Assembly: GCA_001643675.2 (NCBI GenBank)
Contig: LSRY02000056.1
Coordinates: 372,001 to 436,000, forward strand
DNA: 64,000 nucleotides
From: Monocercomonoides exilis PA203
Taxonomy: Eukaryota; Protista; Preaxostyla
Reading direction: 5' to 3'
Each line of letters opens with the position of its first letter. Position 1 is the stretch's first letter. This document shows, piece after piece, positions 39,697 to 49,200 of this stretch. The notes under the pieces were generated by a model. That model made no database searches. It had not been told where the DNA came from and worked only from the letters and a program-made list of their open reading frames with translations. The translations under genes and the position numbers were made by a program.

Positions 39697-42600
39697 ATGT
39701 CTTTTTTGAAACCTCAATCAACTCTTAATTCTCGATGCAAAGTTATTTGGAACGAAATAAAACGAATTGGTGGAGATGACGTTAATTCATTGCTTGTCTA
39801 TCTATTTTACAACTACAGGCAATCATCTTCAGTAATTAACGATTTGTTGAAGTCATTAAACGGTTTGATTATTATTTAGTCAAGTTTTATATAGAAAAAT
39901 TTATGGACTGTCATTGTTGTCATTTTCTTATTTATTTGCGAATTATTTATATTCATAAACAGAATATCATATAAAGCTGCTGGAAGACCTGTCTGTGGTG
40001 TACAACAACGCTCCGTTGCACACTCAGACAACAATGCTGCAAGCGCTTTCCCGCAACACATCATTACCCGATTTACAGGACTATGGATATGATGTCACAG
40101 AAGGAAAATTCAGTTACGCGAAACAAACTCTGAAGAAAAACCAAGGATTTATTATTCCGCCTCAAAAACCTCATCTTCCGTCTTGCAAAAGTGGTTTGTA
40201 TTTATTTTATTTTTTTTTTTTGAATTATGTTCTCTTTTTTCCTTAGGCTTAAATGAACAGGACTGGGAAAAGGGCAACAACTGGATGTTAGCTCATTCAA
40301 CTGAAGCCTCCACTTCTCTCCAATCGGCAAAGAAAAAGCAGCGAGCGGAGCCAGATTACGCCAGATTTATTGACGAAGCAGCGTGGGAAGATGAAATTAC
40401 TACAGAAAACTCTTCATCAAAGAAAAAACAATCTTCTTCATCAGATAAATCACATCAACAAAATAAAAAATCATATATTATTTCGGAAAAAAATTCATCT
40501 TCATTAAATCCTTCATCGTCTGAAGCTGTTGATGCACCAATCAACACTCCAATTATGAGAGAAAGGAGATCAACAAAAAGAAAAACAAATAAATCACATC
40601 AAAAACGTCACTCGTCTCCTTCACCCATTCAAATTCACAAATTCTTCAAAACAAAACAATCGTCATCCACTTCCTCATCTCCCTCATCTTCCTCATCTTC
40701 CTCATCTTCCTCATCTTCCTCATCTTCCTCATCTCCCTCATCTTCCTCATCTTCCTCATCTTCCTCATCTTCCTCATCTTCCTCATCTTCCTCATCTTCC
40801 TCATCTTCCTCATCTTCCTCATCTTCCTCATCTTCCTCATCTTCCTCATCTTCCTCATCTTCCTCATCTTCCTCATCTTCCTCATCTTCCTCATCTTCCT
40901 CATCTTCCTCATCTTCCTCATCTTCCTCATCTTCCTCATCTTCCTCATCTTCCTCATCTTCCTCATCTTCCTCATCTTCCTCATCTTCCTCATCTTCCTC
41001 ATCTTACTCATATTCCAAAAAGCAACAAAAAGCAACAACAAACACTTCTTCTTTCAGCAACAATGATGTGTGGGTGAGTGATCAATTAGTTGAATATGCC
41101 ACTTCACCCACTCTTATTCCTCCTCAAGCATTCCAAAATCTCTTTTCTTCATTTTCAAAAGAGAATGGCACTTCAACACTTCAACAACAAAGCATTCAAT
41201 CTTCAAATAATGAAATATGTCAAAAAAAAATTTCTTCAAAAAATATTTCAAAAAAGAATGCGAAAGAAAATTCAACAAAAAATTATTCTCATTCTCAATC
41301 TTCTTCAAATTCATTATATTCTTCAAATAAATCATCCCAAATAGCAAAAGGATTGCCAAACTTAGGCAACACTTGCTATTTGGCTTCTCTTCTTCAATGC
41401 TTCTCTTCTGTAATGTCACAAAAACCATCTTTAATCAGAAAACCATCAACAACAAAGAGCATATCTTCTCGTGTATTAAGTGTATGCAATCAACTATCCA
41501 AAGATGGAATTGAAGTTCATTCGTGGATCTCATCGCTTATCAACAAATGGGAAGACTTTTGTGGATATAGTAGCGGACAGCAACAAAATGTGACAGAAGC
41601 GTTTGACAATCTTCATCAACTTTTTATCAAAGATGAGTTAATAAAACAAGATTGCTTCAATCCTGTTTTGATCACTCATTTGAAATGCCAACAATGCCAA
41701 AAAGTTTCAAATTGTTTCAATGAAATTGGAAACAATGTGGTTATTAATTCATCTTCTCCTCATAAAGGTCTATCTTCTCTCTTTTCTACTGAGATATTGA
41801 ACGGAAAAAATGCTGTCTATTGCAACGATTGCAAAGAGAAATGCTGCGCTGCGAGATGGGAGGAAATGGCTGCATTTCCAGAGGTGCTGGCCCTCTGTCA
41901 CGAATGCACTGACTCTGCTATCTCTGCTCCTTCACGAACTCTTCTGATTGAAACAGATCGTGTTAACAAGCGAACATTTATCAAAGGGTTTTCTACAGAA
42001 AGTATTCAACATCTCCAAAAGAACAATAAGGAAATCATCATATATCATCTTGTTGGACAAATTCTTTTTCAGCGTCTGGATCAACAAAATGGGCATTACA
42101 TTGCAGTTGTGAAAAGGAAGGCAGGAAGAGAGACACTGTGGAATATTTGCAACGATTCTGATATACTTGAATTGGACAAAGAAAACTGGACAAAGGCATG
42201 GAAGGATCTTTATGCTCAAGGTTTCACTCCTTCACTCTCATTCTATACCAAAGAAAAAACCAGACCAACTTTTTCATCAATTCAATTTGGTGGTTCTTCT
42301 TCTTTTTCTTCAGAAACATCAAATTTCAATTGTTTAAATAACACAACAACAACAACAACATCGTCATCATCATCTTCATCATCATCATCATCATCATCGT
42401 CGTCGTCGTCGTCGTCGTCTTCGTCGTCAACATTCATCACACCACCACATCGAACCACTTCCATTCCACAATTGTCATCAACAATCGCCTCAAGCTACGG
42501 ATTGGAATCACTGAAAGAAAGAAGAAAGAAAACGGGCATCTTTTCTCCCAATGAAAAGAGATTAATTTTTAAGCCCAAGACAAAATTGTGGAGTGAGTTT

Positions 42601-43305
42601 TCAGAAGAAACAAATATCAAAGTTTCTTTGTCTCACTTTTACAAACTCACTTCAAACTTCTCCAAAGCAAAAAGGCGCACAGATCTCTGTGGCATGTGCG
42701 AGAAGTTGGACTATCTCGAGAACAAATTAAAGTCATCTCAAAACAAAAATGGACTGTCTGAAGCAGAGTTTCATACACTTAAATTACTTCGACAACATCG
42801 ACTTGTTGCAGAAATGCAACGCAAACATTATCAATCTTCTGTCGACAATCTGAAAGAGGGAGAAGCAGTCTTCGTCTTCGACTTCAAAGAGAAATGGAAA
42901 CTCCCCATCAGAAAGAACCAACTTCAACAGGAATTCTTCAATTATCAACAGGTTTCTCAATTCACAATCATCTCTCTTCAAAAAATTAATAATCAACAAA
43001 TAAAAAGAACATTCAACTTCTTCTCCGACTGCCTCTCAAATGATCACAGATTTGTTATTGAGTGTCTGGAATCTGTGATCAAAAGACACTTCTTCTCAGA
43101 CACTCACACTTTTAAGTTCTTCTGCGATTCGGGTCCACACAACCGAAATCGCTTCCTTCTTCACTTCATCCTCTCTAAACAATCCAAACTTCTCAAAAAG
43201 AAAAATACACAACTCAACTTCTTCGCTGAGCACCATGGAAAGAACATCTGTGATAGTGAATTTGGTGCACTTGTGAACACAATCAACAACAACCTATCAA
43301 CTTAA
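39697..43305 (+). CDS. Transposase with in-frame ubiquitin-specific protease (peptidase C19) domain; exons 39697-39862, 39963-40193 and 40247-43305 (1151 aa); the same frame resumes after the TAA and runs to 43797
   Basis: USP: GLPNLGNTCYLASLLQ, QQQNVTEAF, CQQC/CNDC, GHYIAVVK, WNICND. Transposase: VSLSHFYKL..RRTDLCGMC, VFDFKE (D at 42880), FFSDCLSND, FCDSGPHNRN (D at 43126), FFAEHHGKNICDSEFG (D at 43252). Confidence 0.88.
40672..41004 (+). repeat. 9-bp tandem repeat (TCCTCATCT) of about 37 units encoding a poly-Ser linker
   Basis: Directly visible near-perfect array with two CCC variants. Confidence 0.97.
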
Positions 43306-43822
43306 CACATCACCACACTTCATGACTTGATCAACTTCTTCAACAACAATATGAACATATCGGCATCAGCTTCTTCGACATCACAACAAGACATTTTTGA
43401 ATCATCCTCAACCAATTCTTCTCCATCAACATCAACTGTCAATGACTCTGCACATGAGAGGTACTTTGAAGAGTATGTGCCATCTCAGCAAATCTCATGG
43501 CCATCGCTGTCAGTCCCTCACATGAAGGACTACTTGTATTTTGAGCGCAAGGGCTCATTTGTCTGTGCTTCAGCTGTTGGATATCTTCCTCAACGCTCTC
43601 TGGTTGCCCTCGAATCTTCGACAATGAAGGAAAAGGTTCAACGTTCAAGAAAGACTTTCAACTCTGGTAACACATCATCCAACTCTTCTCTTCTTTCTCA
43701 ATCTTCTCAAGATCTTCTTTCAAGGAGATTTGAGCTTCTTCTTGACTCTTCTTCTTTTAATGGATCTCAAAATTGTTTTAATGGTGTCCCTAATTAAGAA
43801 ACTAGTTGTTGTGTATGCTTAG

Positions 43823-43916
43823 CTGGCACTCTATCGGAAGGGTGCTGGACATGACTGTTCGTATTAGATACTGCAGCCTCTGGGCTGCTTTATCCGGACC
43901 TGGATACGACGAACAG
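43823..43916 (+). other. Candidate structured RNA or DNA element downstream of the transposase
   Basis: GC-rich island with four stems, G-U pairs favouring the + strand; no family recognised. Confidence 0.35.
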
Positions 43917-44865
43917 CCTCCCAGGTGCACAATAGTTAGAATCCGATTGTTTTCTTGCGGTTTTTGTCCCTATATTGTCCCTATTATTGAATTGGTTATT
44001 GTCCCTATTATATATGTCTATATCGAGATTCATTAATAGAGAGAGTTGTGAGGGAATTCATTGATCTTTGAGTGAGTTTTTTGGAAGTGAGAGTTGTTGA
44101 GAGTGTGAAGTGATGTTTTATCTTTGCGTCTGTCTTTTTTCTTTGTTGGATTTGATCTTTTTGAGTCAAAGAAAGAGAAATATCAGAAAGGGGAGAGTGG
44201 ATGGAAAACAAAAGAAAAACAGTCAAGTTTGTTTTTGGACTTAAAGTATTTGTAATCTTTTTTGTTTGGTATTGCCATTGATACCATGAATTTGTTGATA
44301 TAGCAATGCTTTTTATTGAATCTTTTATTGTTCAGAATATTTGGTAATTTGATAATGATGAGTGAGAATTTCGAGAGAATGAAAATGAAAATGCATATGT
44401 TTGTGTTTGATTGAAAAAAAAGATGTCTTTGTATTTAATTTTGTTGATCGTCAGATGTTGCTAAAAGTTGTTTAAAATTGTTTTTTTGAATTTATTTTAT
44501 TAAGTTTTTCTTTGTTTTTAAGTGTTTAGGTTTTTTGGTTTGTCTGTTGTTGTTTCAAAGTTCCAATTCATTTATTTCAAAATATTTTTAACATTGTGCA
44601 CAGCGAACTGGTTTTATTATTTGAAATATTTTTGTTAACAATAATGAACAACAATAATGTGAAAAAATCAAATCAACTGATTTCATCAAGGATTTGAAAA
44701 TACAATAAAAAAATTTATGTTGCAATTAAGAGTGAATAGACTGCTGAGAATTCTTATCCTTTTAAAAAAACGAAACGAAAAAATATCATTCCATCAACGA
44801 ATAGATTAAATTTAAAAAAAAAATTAAAAACACAAATACATCACTTAAAAAAAGATAATTTTACA

Positions 44866-46247
44866 CATATCCAAATAATTATGGATATGATCATTAGGAA
44901 AAAATATTTTTAAGGTATCCCACGAGGGTCACACCTTGGGTGGTATTTTTTTGCACGAATCGATTTGTTAGAATGACGGTGTATGAAATATGTCAAAAAA
45001 AGGGGCACCAAGGTGTGACCTCTTTTTCGAAAAATGTATCTCAAATTTTCAGATCAAAAATCTATGAAAAATTTTCGCTTTTTTGTTCTTTCAAGAACGA
45101 GAAAATGCTTATATTCTATTAGTGCTCATACGCTTCATAATTATTAAAACAACAATATTCATTAAAAATGATTAAAAAAAAATGTGTGTTTAGAACTTTT
45201 TTCAATGAGAAAAAATTCCATAACTTTATTTCAAAATGTTCTTTCAACAATTTTTCTCGCATTGACGTAGCATCGAGGTTTGTTATTTGTTATCATATGA
45301 GGAAAACACATGTTTTTTAAACAAATCTTTTTCATAGACAATCAATAGATGTTCTTTCTTTTGTTTTTAATGAAAATATTTATATGATTGATATGCCAAA
45401 GAATAATTGCTAATAAAAGGCAGAGAAGGAAGTTTGGCATTTATTTATTATTTCTATATATGATTATTTTTTATTGACCGTTTTTATTCTTTCTTAACGG
45501 AAACAGGTCAAAAAGAATGGAAATGAATAAAAGCGGGATATCTCGTTATGAAGGGTGGCTATGGAGTTGGGAGAGCAATTTCATATGGAATGTGCTTAGG
45601 GTGAAGGGATTGGGAAGGAATTTGGAGATGATATTTTCAGACGAGAAACAAGGATATTTTTCAATAAGAAAGATGAAATTTGAGCAGAAAACATGAATTT
45701 CACATTTTTCAGAAGAGAGGGAAATCGATGCATTTGATGGGAAAATGACTTCCGGAAAGGACGATTAGAAAATCAGATGAAGAAATATTTGAAAATGGAA
45801 GGAATAAAGAATTTTTATTGGAGGGAAACAGTTGGCAATGGAATAAAAAACAGAAAATTGCATATAAAAATGTTTAGAAGGTTTGCTGTTGTTATTATTT
45901 TTTTCGAAGTGATTATAATTTTTTCATTCAGGTTGCTGAAAGAGTTAAGGATTAGGTGGCTTTGAAGAAGAAGAAGAAAAGCAAGGAAGAAAAATACAGA
46001 TAGATGAAATGCGAGATATTTCGAAGATTCCTGACACTGGGCTTTGGTGAAGAATTATTTTTCAGGAAAGATGATTTTTTGTGAAAGAAGGGGAATTGAA
46101 AGAAAAATGCATGGAATGAAAAAGTGATTGACGCGTGTTTTGTATTTTTTGTTGGTGGGAAAGAGGATTGAGCTGAAAGTGAAAAGGATTCAGAGGCTAT
46201 TATTTGCCAGAAGAAGACAAAATCCTGAAGAAGAGAATTTCAATGAA
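44866..46247 (-). repeat. Right copy of the 1382-bp inverted repeat
   Basis: Reverse complement of 37510-38891. Confidence 0.97.
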
Positions 46248-49200
46248 TTTCTCAGTTGATAATAATATGCATTAATCTGCAAAATTTTCGATCTTCAAAA
46301 ACCTCATAATTACACTTCTCCTTTTTCAACAGTCGATGCCAAACCACATCACATGCCTTCTCCTTCTTCGTTATCTTCCTCTTCTTCTTCCTCATCCTCA
46401 TCCTCTTCTTCTTCTTCCAAATCCACCTCCGACTCACAATCTGAAGCGATGAGCGTGATAAAGTCGAAACCGGAGATGAGCTTCGATTCAACTTCTCGTT
46501 TTTCCACTGAATGTTTCGTGAGCGGAGCGGTTGTTTGCGTGTTTGAGGGCAATGTGGCAGTGGGAAAGCATGGCATCTTTCAGAACAAGCAGCAGTGAGG
46601 AGAAATGGCAGGAAAGCAGATGAAAAGAGCTAGAAAGGAGAAGAGAAGAGAAGAGGGAGAGGAGGAAGATAGAGGAAGACGAGAAAATTATTAAGAGGAC
46701 GAAGGAGTAATGAGTGATTCAGAGCAAAAAAAAGCAAAGATACGAAGAAAGCGCAAAACAGAAGAGATAAAAAGAAACATCTGATGATCTGAGCAAGCTG
46801 CGGAAGGAAGAATTTGACTGGGGAGAATCGAACTATTTTAGAAAGCAGGTGATCAAAGACACAATTAAAGACAGGCTTGATGCGATGTTTGGGAACAAGA
46901 TATCGAAAAGTTGGCGGAGAAGAAGAAACGGACACAGAGGGAGTCACGAAAATAAAGAAAGGAATACAAGAAATCAACAGAATTCTTCTTCCTCTTCTTC
47001 TTCTTCCTCCTCTTCTTCTCCACACAGCAATTCTCACAATCGATCTTCTTATTCAGACTCCTTCTTCGAAGTGAGCGAAGATGAAAAAGACGAAGAAAAC
47101 AACGAAGCAAACGACACTACAGATGGCTCAGATTATCCATAACATGCAAGGCAATCAGCAGAACGAGATGTTCGAATGGATTTTGGCTCATCCTGCGTCT
47201 TCAGAGCGAATCAAGTGCGACATGCGCTGATGATGCAGCCAAGTAAGTTTGCAATATACAACTTTGTGGTGTGTGCACCGTCGATTCGATATGGTTCGTA
47301 TGGAGAGGAGGAAGAAGAGGAAGAGAAGGAGAAGGAGAGAGAGAAAGAGAAGAAGGATGAAGAGAAGGAGAAAAGAAGAAAGAGAAAAAGAAGGAAAACA
47401 AAGGAAAAACTGAAAAAGGACTGACTTTTCGAAATCCGAAGGGTAAACAACGGATAAGAACGCAAAAAAAATAGAGAGTGCCTTTTTATCACAAAATATA
47501 CAACAAAAAATGTACGTCATCATCATCATCACTTGCAAGTTTCGATAAATCTGACGCAAATAAAAGCGAAAAATCTTCTTCTTCGTATTCTTCTTCTTCT
47601 TCCTCCTCTTCCTCCTCTTCATCTTATTCTTCATCCAACCAAGTGATCTATACAGCTTGTTCTCCACACACATATTTCACCACAAATGACTGGGCGCATC
47701 TTCTCTCTTCATTCAGCAACCATCCCAAACGATTCCATCACAGCATAAACATTTTTGGAAGAGCTGTTTCTTCGATAAGGAGAATGCATCAACAATTGAT
47801 GGAAGATGATTCTGAAGTATCTTCATAAAACGAAAACGTTGAAGAAGAAGAGAACAAAGAATTTGAATCATCTCAAAATCCAAAAAAAACATTCACACAA
47901 ATCTCAAAATCATACTTTTTCTTCTTCTTCCTCTCATTCTCTTTCTTCTCCTCCTCATTATGTTGACCATTGTCTTCGTCTGATCAACCGACTTGCGTAT
48001 GTGATGAGTGTGCGGACGCTGCATCTGGTTGAGCGGTAAAACTTAACACGTTTTTTGCACTGGAAAAAAAAGTTGGTAAGACGTGGACTTGTGGAGAATA
48101 ACTTTGAGCAGGCAGATGTGGAGCAGGAGTAGGAGAAAGCAACATGGCGGAACAGAACGCGTTTTGAAGAAGGAGATGCAGAGAACAGGTGAAAGAGGAG
48201 AAGATGCTGAGTGCAGAAGAAATAGCTGCTTTGTTTAGTGATTTTCTTTCAAAAGTTAAATGTGATGGAGAAACTAATGGGATGAGTCATCTTGGCAACT
48301 TGAGTGATAACAATAAACTTGATTCTACGACTCAATCAGAAAAAAATTAGCAACTTTCAGATAGTGCTTGGCCGGAAAGGCAACTTTGCTCAGCTTCCAG
48401 AAACTCATTTTTCCTCTTCTGCTATTCTCAACTGCAACTCCGTATTCATTCACAGGCACAGAATAAACAGCAACCTTCACATTCTTCTTCTCCACCTCCT
48501 TCCTCTGCTTTTCCACTTGGTTTGCTTTCTTCCCATTCTACATGTCATCATCCACACAGAAGAAGGGCTGGCTGTCAGGTGAAGAGTTCTGTTGAGCCAG
48601 AGGCAAAAGGGAAAGATGAACCTTATTTTTTAATAATCACAAGAATTCTGATTCATTTTGTTGAGTGCTCAGATCGAAAGGGACAGAAAGAGGATAAAAT
48701 GAAGAGGTGAAATGATGATTTGGAAGATGAAGGAGGTCTTGGAAATGAGGGAGATTGAGGTGAATTGCAATAAAAGCAGATGAAAGGAGGTTATAAAAGG
48801 AATTTAGAAAAGAAAATAGCAAAGAACTTGAAAAAGTCAGAAAAGGAAACGAATAAGAAGAGAGTGAAGGTGAAAGAGAAGGAAGAAGATGCAGAGAAGG
48901 ATACGTAAACACGAAAACCTCAGAATCTTTAGAAGGACCATTGGATGACCAAATTTATTCGTCCAAATCTGAACAATTTGAAGGAGCGGCTGCTGAAAGA
49001 AAGGAGCAGCAAGAATTTGTATCTTCTTTTATATCATCTTCCTTCTGATCGTCATCACGGCCAATTGGTTGTGAGGCAACTGAATGTTGCTATGTCCAAA
49101 TATCTTGCTCTTTTGCTACCTCTTCTTCGGATGTGGAGAAAGAAGCAGCAGATGAAACATGTTCAAATGCAACTTCGATCACTTTCATTACAAAACCTCC

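Larger units (their letters stand above)
38630..45127 (+). mobile_element. Sola-like (Sola2-like) DDD DNA transposon carrying a USP-transposase fusion; candidate true TIR of 262 bp (GAGCAC...GTGCTC); maximal inverted-repeat extent 37510-46247
   Basis: Transposase between inverted repeats; 5'-GAG candidate terminus; 13-bp subterminal motif ggtcacaccttgg as an inverted pair inside each TIR; no TSD identified, so exact ends are inferred. Confidence 0.8.

Noticed and set aside
40672-41004. CRISPR-like array
   Set aside because: Contiguous 9-bp units without spacers, inside a eukaryotic exon
40646-41041. Minus-strand ORF of (MRK)n repeats
   Set aside because: Antisense reading of the poly-Ser 9-bp array
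43303-43305. TAA reassigned to Gln (as in some oxymonads, diplomonads and ciliates) to explain the in-frame stop
   Set aside because: KXD1, NAA50, RPL37A and RPL37 end in TAA at their expected C-termini, and multi-kb ORFs contain no internal TAA/TAG
43815-43848. U1 snRNA (ATGCTTAGCTGGC resembles ATACTTACCTGGC)
   Set aside because: Mismatches fall in the splice-site-pairing bases; no convincing ATTGCAC loop II or U1 cloverleaf
43850-43916. SECIS element or hammerhead ribozyme
   Set aside because: The upstream stop is TAA, not TGA; no CTGATGA/GAAA core on either strand
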